Shown here in pieces: positions 7,645-16,429 of a stretch of DNA of 20,000 bases. The notes beneath the pieces were generated by a model. The model saw nothing but the letters and a program-made list of their open reading frames with translations. It was not told the DNA's origin and did not search any database. The position numbers were made by a program, and so were the translations under genes. The stretch is from an uncultured virus (IMG/VR IMGVR_UViG_3300009529_000008). Taxonomy: Duplodnaviria; Heunggongvirae; Uroviricota; Caudoviricetes. The first letter of the stretch is position 1, and each line of letters starts with the position of its first letter. The stretch lies in the IMG/VR virus record IMGVR_UViG_3300009529_000008; one strand, given 5' to 3'.

Positions 7645-7730
7645 AACATTATAATTTTAAATTAGAAAACTCAGATTTTTCTCCATTTATCACACTCTTA
7701 AATTTTGAAAATTTTGTTTTAGTAATGTAA

Positions 7731-8687
7731 TTATGTCATCATGTTACACGTACTCGCCTGCCTATCTTCGTCATCTCGCCATTTCCGATAACTTGCTCTG
7801 GTACACTGTTGTATTTTACATGCTTTTGTTTGACTGAGTCCTTCAACCATCATTTCTTCTACTCGTCCATATTTCCATTCATTAGGGTAGTCTGGTTTAA
7901 CTTTTGCCTTACTATCCCCATTGTTCTTATCATCATCCCCCTTCATACGTTCCTCCCTTAGCTTAGTCGCTGCCTCCCGCCTCACCACATCATATTCAGC
8001 ACTCAAAAATTTTGGAGGGGCAGGTGCTGCGTACCTGACTACTGCAATATCATTAACTGTTCGTGGATAGTGATAGTGGGGTGTATGTTCTCGTGGTTTA
8101 CTAACAACATAAAATACTTTTGGAAACACCCACCGATAATCAAACAGAGACATATCCATCTCTTGCTGATAGGTCACTAAATTTCTTGGAACTTTATCAA
8201 TCAAAAAGTCAGATATTATAGACATCATAACCACCGTATTTTCCGTTCTGAACACTTGGAACACATCGTTTAACATCTTATTTCCTTTAGACATAGCATC
8301 TCTGGCATTCCATGCTATCCCGATGTCATCGAAAGAATATATCCCATATTGTTTTACATCCGACAATACTTCTCTTACTTTTGAATCGTCCATTATAACT
8401 ATGTTTTCCATACCAAAGTAATCTTTCCACGACTTATTGTTCCCTTTCTTTTTATTTTGTATGCGAGCAATCTCACGAGCAATGGCATACCCTAACGTTA
8501 AGTTCAACCAACTTTTACCCTTACCCTGAGTTCCCACTGTTATTAAGCGTGCATCTTGATTATGTTTTGAAGTAACTTTACGAGCTATTTCAACCGCAAG
8601 TGGTTGTTTAGGTGTTTGATATATAAATCGGCTAAACTCATTTGCACCTTCTAAGACCATACGTTTAGAAACGTCTTGATATTTCAT
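7731..8687 (-). CDS. P-loop ATPase (viral morphogenesis/Zot-like) with C-terminal HTH-like tail
   Basis: Walker A GTQGKGKS, Walker B IYSFDD, downstream FR.EN...IDK..R segment; C-terminal GLSQTKACK...RASYRKW is HTH-like. Confidence 0.75.
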   Translation of the reverse strand: MKYQDVSKRMVLEGANEFSRFIYQTPKQPLAVEIARKVTSKHNQDARLITVGTQGKGKSWLNLTLGYAIAREIARIQNKKKGNNKSWKDYFGMENIVIMDDSKVREVLSDVKQYGIYSFDDIGIAWNARDAMSKGNKMLNDVFQVFRTENTVVMMSIISDFLIDKVPRNLVTYQQEMDMSLFDYRWVFPKVFYVVSKPREHTPHYHYPRTVNDIAVVRYAAPAPPKFLSAEYDVVRREAATKLREERMKGDDDKNNGDSKAKVKPDYPNEWKYGRVEEMMVEGLSQTKACKIQQCTRASYRKWRDDEDRQASTCNMMT

Positions 8688-9235
8688 CCTATTTCATCCT
8701 CCTCTTCTTCTACATAATCTTCCCCTTCAGCCACCATTCTTTTACTCTCTACAATCTCAACACCTAATTCTCGCAATTCATCTTCACATGAATTTAAGTC
8801 CGTAATAATTGGCGGTACATCCAACTCTTCCATATCCTTTGGTGAAATCATTAATCCAATCGTTTGCCTCTTCTCAAATTTTTCATCAAATATACCAACT
8901 ATTTCTGCCATGCTTTTCACTGCCTCTTCTATTTCTATCTTTCCTTTTTGTGCATTTGTTATCGGACCACCGTTATTTTTTATCAAATTTACACGTTTCT
9001 CTATCTTTTTTTCCTGCTCGGTCATAAGTTTCTCTTTTATATGATGAACATAACCCATACCAAGCCACGACAAAAGCCTTGGGCGGGGGTCTGTATCACT
9101 TTCTAAGTTTGCAACGGTTGAAGCGTAGATACTCATAAAACTATAGAACGAAGGCATTAAACCCGTGTCTATACGTTCTTGTAGTCCCAACTCAAACTTT
9201 TTTACCTTTATCCCATCAAACTTGTTTCCAGCCAT
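8684..9235 (-). CDS. Hypothetical protein with acidic C-terminus
   Basis: 183-aa ORF, GGAAGGA SD, ATGA overlap with the ATPase start. Confidence 0.75.
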   Translation of the reverse strand: MAGNKFDGIKVKKFELGLQERIDTGLMPSFYSFMSIYASTVANLESDTDPRPRLLSWLGMGYVHHIKEKLMTEQEKKIEKRVNLIKNNGGPITNAQKGKIEIEEAVKSMAEIVGIFDEKFEKRQTIGLMISPKDMEELDVPPIITDLNSCEDELRELGVEIVESKRMVAEGEDYVEEEEDEIG

Positions 9236-9335
9236 TTTTTGTTTCCTTCCTTTTTACCTCTTAAAACTTAAATTCCATATATTATAAATAGTAAAACTTT
9301 CTATTTTTTAGGTTATATTTTATTACATATATTAT

Positions 9336-9503
9336 TTACAATTTTATTACATCCCTACTTCTTATCGCACTATTCCACTCACGAGCTAATTCTATACCTT
9401 TTCTTACTATAACTTTATTTTTGCTTTTAAGTGTTTTTCTAAATAAATTATTGTGTAACCAATCCTCTATTTCATCCATTAATTCTTTATATTGTTCTCT
9501 CAT
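9336..9503 (-). CDS. Hypothetical 55-aa protein (or frameshifted 3' half of 9500..9703)
   Basis: MREQYKELMDEIEDWLHNN...RDVIKL*; ATGA overlap with the upstream stop; not in the ORF track. Confidence 0.55.
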   Translation of the reverse strand: MREQYKELMDEIEDWLHNNLFRKTLKSKNKVIVRKGIELAREWNSAIRSRDVIKL

Positions 9504-9703
9504 TTCTGGTTCATTTTTGTAACACCAAACAATAATTTAAAACAATACCTGAAATCCCTATAATCCGCTAAAAAAGTACCTGTTCTAAAATCTATATCTT
9601 CTTCTAATTGTGTACTTGCTCGAAGCGTAGCTAAATATGCAGTGTCCACTGCATCTTTTAATGTTCTATGTTTCTCTTCCGACCTGATATATTCACTTGC
9701 CAT
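9500..9703 (-). CDS. Hypothetical protein
   Basis: 67-aa ORF co-oriented within the operon. Confidence 0.6.
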   Translation of the reverse strand: MASEYIRSEEKHRTLKDAVDTAYLATLRASTQLEEDIDFRTGTFLADYRDFRYCFKLLFGVTKMNQK

Positions 9704-9727
9704 GTTTTTTAAAAAAATTTATAATAT

Positions 9728-10321
9728 TTAAACTTTTATGTTATCCCACCAGTTATATTCCTTATAAGAATGAAATTTAAGAACTTCGTATATTGTATCA
9801 TATAATCTGTCATAACTTCTATATCTTGCTTTACAATGTGTTATCTCCAAAGTAGTGCTTTCTATCGCAAAATCTCTTGTTTCGTTTTCGGATACCTTTA
9901 TATCCTTTACAACCACCCAAGCGTGCCGTTGCCCTCTCGATACTGCAATAAAGGCATGAAAACCCTCTTTTTCCAATGCCCATTCCAAATATGCACTCGC
10001 TTCGGAGCAGTCAAATGATTTTGTAGTAATTGGAGAAGATAACCATACGAGCTTCGTAGGATATTCAAAATTACCAATGAATCTGTTTAAATCACCAATT
10101 GTTTTATTTTCATAGCTTGAATTGTGAGTATAATAAGGATTCGGTACAGTACCTCTTTCTGATTGAATTGGTATTTGCCCGAAAAGAACGGATACAATAA
10201 CGATTGGAATAATAAAAACCAAAGCTACTCGTAGTACTTTAAGTTTCGATGGTTTATGAAATAATTCTTTTATACTCTTTTCCTCATAATGATAATCATA
10301 TACCTTTATTCTTATCTTCAT
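9728..10321 (-). CDS. Membrane-anchored transglutaminase-like (papain-fold) protein
   Basis: N-terminal TM; FDCSEAS (Cys), HAWVVV (His) and IEST (acidic) in catalytic-triad order. Confidence 0.7.
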   Translation of the reverse strand: MKIRIKVYDYHYEEKSIKELFHKPSKLKVLRVALVFIIPIVIVSVLFGQIPIQSERGTVPNPYYTHNSSYENKTIGDLNRFIGNFEYPTKLVWLSSPITTKSFDCSEASAYLEWALEKEGFHAFIAVSRGQRHAWVVVKDIKVSENETRDFAIESTTLEITHCKARYRSYDRLYDTIYEVLKFHSYKEYNWWDNIKV

Positions 10322-10325
10322 TTTT

Positions 10326-10451
10326 TCATCTCACAATTCTCAACAGGTAGTAAAGTGCAACTATGCACCCTACTAACAAACCCACATATACGTCTTTTAC
10401 TATTTCTTTTATCTTATCGATTTCTATTATTCGTTCTTTCTTTTCTTCCAT
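10326..10451 (-). CDS. Small 41-aa C-terminal TM protein
   Basis: MEEKKERIIEIDKIKEIVKDVYVGLLVGCIVALYYLLRIVR*; exactly fills the gap between neighbouring genes. Confidence 0.6.
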   Translation of the reverse strand: MEEKKERIIEIDKIKEIVKDVYVGLLVGCIVALYYLLRIVR

Positions 10452-10453
10452 TT

Positions 10454-11287
10454 TCACACCACCATTGAAAGTATATATACTGCAATCCCAGCGCCAACTA
10501 AAATCATCATTATCATTGTACCATAAGCTAACAAATCCCCCTGACGATTTAACATTTCTCGTTTTGTATTTGCCTCAATTGTTGCCTGCATGTTTGCTTC
10601 GCTCGCTGCAGTTTCAGGGTTTAACACAACATTTGCAATATTTTGAAATACCATCTCACCTTCGGTTATTTTTAATCCCTCACTACCATCTTCTTTACTA
10701 CCTGCAACTTCTTCTCGTATTTCTTTAATTCTATTCCATAAATCGGGATTTTCAACAACCAAGTAATTTCTATCATTTATAATTTCTTCTTCGGGACGCG
10801 CCAAGAACATATACGCTATCTCTCTTTTATTGCTATCCAAGCTCAGTTCTGGATACTGCTCCGCTAATTGATTTATTGCCCTAACTCCCATCGGATTTAT
10901 CGCACTGGGTAACGGCGGTACAAAGTGAACAATTGGTAAACCACGTACGGAATGTTCTACAGTTTTTGTCCTCTCTTCGGGAATGAATTTAAAGTCACCG
11001 CCTGCATACCAATTCGGTGGTTTCATATCCTTTTTCACTTTCTCTCGTTCACCTACTTTGAATCTACATCGCATATTAGCGTAGTGATCCATTATAACAT
11101 CCAAATTATTTTTACGTGCATCCCTGAATATCAATCCTTCAGGCGAAAACTTTTTAAATGACCACTGTTGATATACTGCATATGTACCCATTGCAGAAGC
11201 CATCATCATTGCTGCAATAGTAAGCCATACAAACCAATCTGGTACTACCATATAACCAGGTGGGATAGCTACAGCCGTTCTAATCAC
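10454..11287 (-). CDS. Hypothetical membrane protein (N- and C-terminal TM helices)
   Basis: 277 aa, GGGGGTGA SD, overlaps the upstream gene. Confidence 0.78.
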   Translation of the reverse strand: MIRTAVAIPPGYMVVPDWFVWLTIAAMMMASAMGTYAVYQQWSFKKFSPEGLIFRDARKNNLDVIMDHYANMRCRFKVGEREKVKKDMKPPNWYAGGDFKFIPEERTKTVEHSVRGLPIVHFVPPLPSAINPMGVRAINQLAEQYPELSLDSNKREIAYMFLARPEEEIINDRNYLVVENPDLWNRIKEIREEVAGSKEDGSEGLKITEGEMVFQNIANVVLNPETAASEANMQATIEANTKREMLNRQGDLLAYGTMIMMILVGAGIAVYILSMVV

Positions 11288-11564
11288 CCCCTTTCCACTT
11301 TTGAACTAACTTCTTCAAACTACCCATTTCTTTATATTGTTCTTGCATCTTCATAAACTCATCTTTTAGGACAAGATAATAAATAGCTAGATAACTAATA
11401 AAACTGAACGTAAGGATAATAAAATGTAATTGTAAAAAACCATTATCTCCGCCTTTTACTAAACTTAAAAACGAGTGCATTGCAATAATAGCCATACCAA
11501 AAAAAATAGCTATCCACACTTTAAGGCAATTTTTCTTCATTTTTTTTATTTTCCTGATAACCAA
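11280..11564 (-). CDS. Small two-TM hypothetical protein
   Basis: Two hydrophobic segments; overlaps both neighbours; start may be an internal ATG (MKKN). Confidence 0.65.
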   Translation of the reverse strand: MVIRKIKKMKKNCLKVWIAIFFGMAIIAMHSFLSLVKGGDNGFLQLHFIILTFSFISYLAIYYLVLKDEFMKMQEQYKEMGSLKKLVQKWKGGD

Positions 11565-12082
11565 TCAAATAAACCTTTTTTTCCACTTCGCGTTTCTTTT
11601 TCGCCTGGCATTCCACCTTGTTCTTGTCGTACTATCGTTGTTGCTAATAATCTTGCTCCATGTGCTCCCCTTCCTTTTCTTGTTTGTATCTCTGCACCAT
11701 ATCGTGCCATGCCCACATAAAAATTGTTTTTTTGATTCCTGTCAATTTTATAGCCAGTGTGCCAGAATCGTTGTTCATTGAGACTTTCCAATCCAATAAT
11801 TGATTTTCTATCTTCTTCGGTGGTGTAATAACCCAGTGCAACAGCACGTCCCGAAGCACTTGTAATTAGCGAAATAAGATTGGCTTTCATTGATTGAGAC
11901 ATCCGCGCATCGCCACCAATAAGTCCACATACGTACTCCATTTCACTAAATCGAGAAGCCTCTAATATCGTTTTGTATTGTTCAACCCTGATTTCATCAC
12001 TTAAATTAACGGGTGGTTCTTGACATTCATCCACTTCTTCCTGTACTTCTTCTTCTTCTTCCTGTACTTCTTCTTCACTCAT
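11546..12082 (-). CDS. Hypothetical protein with Glu-rich repetitive N-terminus
   Basis: 178-aa ORF; EEEVQEE repeated with a 21-bp period at the N-terminus. Confidence 0.75.
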   Translation of the reverse strand: MSEEEVQEEEEEVQEEVDECQEPPVNLSDEIRVEQYKTILEASRFSEMEYVCGLIGGDARMSQSMKANLISLITSASGRAVALGYYTTEEDRKSIIGLESLNEQRFWHTGYKIDRNQKNNFYVGMARYGAEIQTRKGRGAHGARLLATTIVRQEQGGMPGEKETRSGKKGLFDWLSGK

Positions 12083-12168
12083 TTTCTTTTTCTGTTAGTG
12101 ATGATAATTCCGCTTTCAACTTTCTCTTTCTCTCCAGTTTTTTCGCTTCTATTTGTTGCCTTTTCCTC

Positions 12169-12420
12169 TCATCTTATTGGTTTTATAAATGAAAAACGCT
12201 TTTTCCTCTCTATTTTTGTCTTCTCACAACTAACTTTACCAAAATATTCTTCCGTCAATTCAATAATTCTGTCTTTCACTACTCGCTTCTCTATATCCAA
12301 AATAGTGCTTTTTGCAGGTACGAGAGCAGAATCCTCAGCAAGCTTTGACATCAGTTGTTCTAACTCAGTATTCTTCTTCAACACTATTAAAACATCTTCA
12401 ACATAGTCTTTCAGTTGCAT
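12169..12420 (-). CDS. Hypothetical protein
   Basis: 83 aa, GAGGAGG SD, TGATG overlap with the upstream RHH gene. Confidence 0.7.
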   Translation of the reverse strand: MQLKDYVEDVLIVLKKNTELEQLMSKLAEDSALVPAKSTILDIEKRVVKDRIIELTEEYFGKVSCEKTKIERKKRFSFIKPIR

Positions 12421-12560
12421 CAGTTCTTTTCCTCCTCTTTTTTATTTTTTATTAAATCCTCCAATAAATTCCTCACTTTTTCTGAGAGGTTGAAGACTCT
12501 CGGCTGTTCTTGTATCCACTCATATTGCTCTTTCGTAACAGTAATTTGAACCGCTTTCAT
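12420..12560 (-). CDS. Ribbon-helix-helix (CopG-like) DNA-binding protein, 46 aa
   Basis: MKAVQITVTKEQYEWIQEQPRVFNLSEKVRNLLEDLI: alternating beta strand plus two helices with NLS..VR; GAGGTTGA SD; not in the ORF track. Confidence 0.75.
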   Translation of the reverse strand: MKAVQITVTKEQYEWIQEQPRVFNLSEKVRNLLEDLIKNKKEEEKN

Positions 12561-12597
12561 TATTGTCAACCTCGATAACAATATATAGTGATAAGGG

Positions 12598-12612
12598 TAT
12601 ATAAACCTTTCG
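12598..12612 (-). promoter_or_regulatory. BRE-TATA promoter of the leftward operon
   Basis: - strand CGAAAGGTTTATATA, ~38 nt upstream of the RHH start. Confidence 0.7.
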
Positions 12613-12642
12613 ATTATTTTCAGAAATAAACTATCCTTACAC

Positions 12643-12668
12643 CCGATAAACTTTAAACCTTTATATAG
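12643..12668 (+). promoter_or_regulatory. Divergent BRE-TATA promoter of the rightward operon
   Basis: CCGATAAACTTTAAACCTTTATATAG; TATA-like boxes 22-35 nt before ATG 12690 (leaderless spacing). Confidence 0.55.
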
Positions 12669-12689
12669 AATGAACTTTATTATATTACT

Positions 12690-12821
12690 ATGATAGAAGA
12701 TATAAGAACTAAGAAAATTGTAAGGGGAAATAAAATAAGAAAGCGAAAGCGATTGGAGAGAGAACTGGAAGAAGTTAATAAGGAAATTGAAGTATTAGAT
12801 AAAGAGATAGAAAGTAAATAA
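12690..12821 (+). CDS. 43-aa basic/coiled-coil protein
   Basis: MIEDIRTKKIVRGNKIRKRKRLERELEEVNKEIEVLDKEIESK*; ends 1 nt before the helicase ATG. Confidence 0.6.
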   Translation: MIEDIRTKKIVRGNKIRKRKRLERELEEVNKEIEVLDKEIESK

Positions 12822-12822
12822 A

Positions 12823-13968
12823 ATGGAAAAAATAGAACTCTTAGCATGGCAAACAGAAGCATTTAAAAACTGGATAAAGAACAAAGGGCAGGGATATGTC
12901 GAAGCACCGACCGGTAGCGGTAAAACTTTTGTAGGTTTGAAACTAATAGAAAAAGAAAAACTATCTCCTTTTCTTATTGTCGTACCAACAATCGAACTGT
13001 TATCACAATGGAAAAACCATATAAAAAAGTATTATCCCGATACAGTAATAACCAGTATAGGCGACGGTGAGAAGTATAATGGTTATACCAATACTCTCGA
13101 CCCCTGTTCTAAAAGAGTTACGATAGCAATAATAAATTCTATACGCAAACACAAACTTAATGTAAAAACATTAATATTAGACGAAATTCATCATTACTCT
13201 TCTCTCGCACCTGTAAATTATAAAATATGGGATAATATTAAATGTAAATACATTCTTGGTTTGAGTGCTACCCCTATCCCGGAACGAATAAGTAAAGAAG
13301 ATGTAGGCTGGAATATCCCACAAGTATATCAATATTCACTACAACAAGCCTATAACGATGGTACTTTACTAAAACCAGAAATTATAAAGAAAGGGGTACA
13401 TTTAGAAGAAAATGAACAAAATGAATATGACATTTTAACTGATAAAATAAAGTCCAAAATGGGTACGTTTGAAAGTTTCAATAATGCACCATTTTATTTC
13501 AAGGGTTGGGTATTTGATAGGAATGAAATTTTATTTGGAAGTAATAGAAAGATAGATACAGTAATAGACATTCTTACCCATAGCAATTTTAAGAAGGCTA
13601 TAATTTTCACAGAGCGAATTGATACTGCTCAAAGAATATCACGAGAAATAAGTGGTTTGGGAATTTTTGAAGAATACTGTCTTCACAGCGGAATAAAAAA
13701 GAAGATGCGTAAAGAAGCAGTAAACAAATTCATCGAAACAACTTTACCATGTATTATCACGACCGCACACCTTTTCGAGGAAGGGATGGATGTCCCGGAC
13801 ATAGATATGATTATATTACATTCATTCAATAATACGAAACGGGAATCACTGCAACGCATTGGACGTTCTTTGCATAATAAAACCGTTACTCCTAAAATTT
13901 ATATTTTGTATTACGAAAATACAAAGGAGAATTATGCAGCAAAAAAGATTGAGAGGTTGTTTCTATGA
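12823..13968 (+). CDS. Superfamily 2 DExH helicase (XPB/Rad25-like)
   Basis: Q motif WQ, motif I APTGSGKT, Ia VVPTIEL, II DEIH, III SAT, V EGMDVP, VI QRIGR. Confidence 0.92.
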   Translation: MEKIELLAWQTEAFKNWIKNKGQGYVEAPTGSGKTFVGLKLIEKEKLSPFLIVVPTIELLSQWKNHIKKYYPDTVITSIGDGEKYNGYTNTLDPCSKRVTIAIINSIRKHKLNVKTLILDEIHHYSSLAPVNYKIWDNIKCKYILGLSATPIPERISKEDVGWNIPQVYQYSLQQAYNDGTLLKPEIIKKGVHLEENEQNEYDILTDKIKSKMGTFESFNNAPFYFKGWVFDRNEILFGSNRKIDTVIDILTHSNFKKAIIFTERIDTAQRISREISGLGIFEEYCLHSGIKKKMRKEAVNKFIETTLPCIITTAHLFEEGMDVPDIDMIILHSFNNTKRESLQRIGRSLHNKTVTPKIYILYYENTKENYAAKKIERLFL

Positions 13969-14117
13969 AACTAACCCAAAAAGAAGTATCAAATATAATT
14001 TATGATGCGTGCAAAAATTGGGACATTAATTGGATGACGAGATATTTTGCTGATGAAGTAGCAAAAGAAATTAGGAGAAGAGAGAATAAAAAATGGATAA
14101 AGAAAAGGAAAAACTGA
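13965..14117 (+). CDS. Hypothetical 50-aa protein
   Basis: MKLTQKEVSNIIYDACKNW...; GAGGT SD and ATGA overlap with the helicase stop. Confidence 0.55.
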   Translation: MKLTQKEVSNIIYDACKNWDINWMTRYFADEVAKEIRRRENKKWIKKRKN

Positions 14118-14407
14118 AGGAAGCATATAAGATATATTCAGAAAGAGTAACACAACTTTGGAACAAACTCATAGAGAAGTATGGTTTTGATGAACAAACA
14201 GCACTAACAATTATAGCAAATTTTTGGTATGAACCTGATGAAGCAGAGAAATTCGAGGAAGAATGGATTGATAGTAGTGATGAAATAAGAAATGAAATAG
14301 AGAAGCAGTTTAATGTGTCTATTGAACACGAAGAAGAGATGATTACAGTAAGAAATGAAAATTTTGTGTATGATGGAGTAATGATTATTGAAGAAGAGGA
14401 ATATTAA
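14093..14407 (+). CDS. Acidic hypothetical protein
   Basis: 104-aa ORF in the operon. Confidence 0.7.
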   Translation: MDKEKEKLKEAYKIYSERVTQLWNKLIEKYGFDEQTALTIIANFWYEPDEAEKFEEEWIDSSDEIRNEIEKQFNVSIEHEEEMITVRNENFVYDGVMIIEEEEY

Positions 14408-14410
14408 GAA

Positions 14411-14686
14411 ATGAAAGTAAAAAATAGTTATAAATTTTTGTCTTGTATCTTCATTTTAGTAGTCAGTTTTTCTTTAAGTATTTATACTATAGGATTAGGT
14501 CAAGAGAAACTTATAGAAGATTTAAAAGATTGTGAACCAGGAATATATAATGTGATTCCAATTAATATTTGGTATATGTTACTATCTTTTGCTATTATGT
14601 TAGTAGGTGTTTTTCTAATAGCAATTGTTTTGGGCTTTTTAAAAGGAGGAGAAAAATCAATTGAATGTTTCTACAGACCAAAATAA
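14411..14686 (+). CDS. Small two-TM hypothetical protein
   Basis: 91 aa with two hydrophobic segments; starts 3 nt after the upstream stop. Confidence 0.65.
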   Translation: MKVKNSYKFLSCIFILVVSFSLSIYTIGLGQEKLIEDLKDCEPGIYNVIPINIWYMLLSFAIMLVGVFLIAIVLGFLKGGEKSIECFYRPK

Positions 14687-14730
14687 TAAAGATTTATATG
14701 GAATGTTTTTATTTATAGATATATAGAAAA

Positions 14731-14862
14731 ATGAAAACAAAAGTAATAAGCATAAGGGAAGAGCAAGACGAATGGTTGCAGAAACATAGGAGTATTAACC
14801 TATCTGGATTTGTGCAGGAGAAATTAGATATATTAATAAGAAAAATGGAGAAGAAAGAATGA
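14731..14862 (+). CDS. Ribbon-helix-helix DNA-binding protein, 43 aa
   Basis: MKTKVISIREEQDEWLQKHRSINLSGFVQEKLDILI; similar to 12420..12560 (EQ.EW.Q....NLS..V); TATA-like AAAGATTTATATG ~32 nt upstream. Confidence 0.75.
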   Translation: MKTKVISIREEQDEWLQKHRSINLSGFVQEKLDILIRKMEKKE

Positions 14863-14959
14863 GTGAAATATATAAAGTAGAGATAAAAGGAACAAGACCT
14901 TTGTTGATGAACTCATGTAGACACATGATAGAAAAATTTAGGAAATAGGATTTTATCAA

Positions 14960-15280
14960 ATGACTACTCATAAAAGTACATGGAAGCAATTAGAAAGAGA
15001 TATTTGTAAGGAGTTCGGAGGAAAAAGAACACCATTAAGTGGAAATCGAAGTGGGCATAATACTTCTTCTGATTGTATTGCTGTAAACCCAGAGTTTTTA
15101 AACTTTTATATTGAAATTAAGCTCAGAGCATCTTATTTACACCACAGAATTTTTAATGAAATTAAAAAAAAAGCAAAAGACGAAAAGAAAGTGCCTTTGT
15201 TTATTACGCGAGAGAAAAACAAAAAACAAAAATTGATTATTTTGAGAATGGAAGACTTTTTGGAGTTGATAAAGAAATGA
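14960..15280 (+). CDS. PD-(D/E)XK nuclease, Holliday-junction-resolvase-like
   Basis: WKQLER...R.PLSG...SD......IEIK motif order; 106 aa. Confidence 0.75.
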   Translation: MTTHKSTWKQLERDICKEFGGKRTPLSGNRSGHNTSSDCIAVNPEFLNFYIEIKLRASYLHHRIFNEIKKKAKDEKKVPLFITREKNKKQKLIILRMEDFLELIKK

Positions 15281-16215
15281 AAATAAATGTTCTAAGTTTA
15301 TTCGATGGAATGTCCTGCGGGCAAATAGCACTTAGAAGAGCGGGGATAGAATATGATAATTATTTCGCTTCGGAAATAGATAAATATGCAATTCAAATCA
15401 CACAAAAGAACTATCCAGATACTATACAATTGGGTGATATTCATAATATTGAAATAGAAAAATTACCAAAAATTAAGTTATTGCTCGGTGGTAGTCCCTG
15501 TCAATCATTATCAATAGCAAAAAGACAAAAAGAAAGTGGACTGAAAAAAGGACAATCTATTTTATTTTGGGATTATATGAGGATTTTGAATACAATAAAA
15601 CCGAGATATTTCTTATTTGAAAATGTAGCATCCATGAAAAAAACAGATAGAGATTTAATAAGTAATAGTTTAGGTGTTGAACCTATTTTAATAAATTCTG
15701 CTCTTCTAACGGCACAACAACGAAAAAGATATTATTGGACAAATATTGAAGAAGTAGAACAACCAAAAGATAAAGAAATATACTTAAAAGATATACTCGA
15801 AAAGGGTTACACAGAAAAGTTAAAAAGTTATTGCATCACTGCAACATATTCACGAGCTTGTCCACAAAACTATTTCTTTCATGAAGAAAGACAACTTATA
15901 TTTAATAAACCTGTTAGAGTAGGTACTATCGGTAAAGGTGGACAGGCAGAAAGAATTTATTATATCAGTGGTAAAAGTATATGTTTAAATGCAAATGGTG
16001 GTGGAATGGGTGCAAAAACAGGACTATATGAAATTAAAGAACATATTAGAAGACTAACACCTATTGAATGTGAACGATTACAAACAGTTCCTGACAATTA
16101 TACAAGTTTAAGAAAAGAAGGTAAAGAATTAATGAGTGATACACAACGATATAAAATGCTCGGAAATGGTTTTACGGTTGATGTAATAGTACATATTCTA
16201 AAGTATTTAAAATAG
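15277..16215 (+). CDS. DNA (cytosine-5)-methyltransferase
   Basis: Motif I LSLFDG, IV GGSPCQ, VI FENV, VIII QQRKR, IX RRLTP.ECERLQ, X LGNG. Confidence 0.93.
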   Translation: MKINVLSLFDGMSCGQIALRRAGIEYDNYFASEIDKYAIQITQKNYPDTIQLGDIHNIEIEKLPKIKLLLGGSPCQSLSIAKRQKESGLKKGQSILFWDYMRILNTIKPRYFLFENVASMKKTDRDLISNSLGVEPILINSALLTAQQRKRYYWTNIEEVEQPKDKEIYLKDILEKGYTEKLKSYCITATYSRACPQNYFFHEERQLIFNKPVRVGTIGKGGQAERIYYISGKSICLNANGGGMGAKTGLYEIKEHIRRLTPIECERLQTVPDNYTSLRKEGKELMSDTQRYKMLGNGFTVDVIVHILKYLK

Positions 16216-16283
16216 AATATTTCTGATATTTCTTTTAAAAATGAATTTAATTAATTAGCTAATCATGTTATTCTTTCGTCAAT

Positions 16284-16350
16284 GCTTCGCTTCGCTTCGC
16301 ATTATTCTATTCCTAATGAGAGTGGAAAAAAGAGCGAAGCGAAGCGTAGC
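16284..16350. repeat. 17-bp inverted repeat built from GCTTC/GAAGC pentamers
   Basis: GCTTCGCTTCGCTTCGC (16284-16300) and GCGAAGCGAAGCGTAGC (16334-16350); 1 mismatch, 33-nt spacer. Confidence 0.9.
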
Positions 16351-16429
16351 GATATAAAGAATTAACAGGATTAACTATACCAAAAAGTAGATTCAACAAA
16401 AGTAGATTCTACACGTCAATAAATGATTT

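Noticed and set aside
3613..12862. + strand ORFs over the - strand operon (e.g. 3613..3870, 4334..4669, 6990..7304, 10363..10728, 12020..12406) and 12680..12862(-)
   Set aside because: They are antisense shadows with Phe/Leu/Ser-rich composition typical of reverse-complemented A-rich coding DNA.
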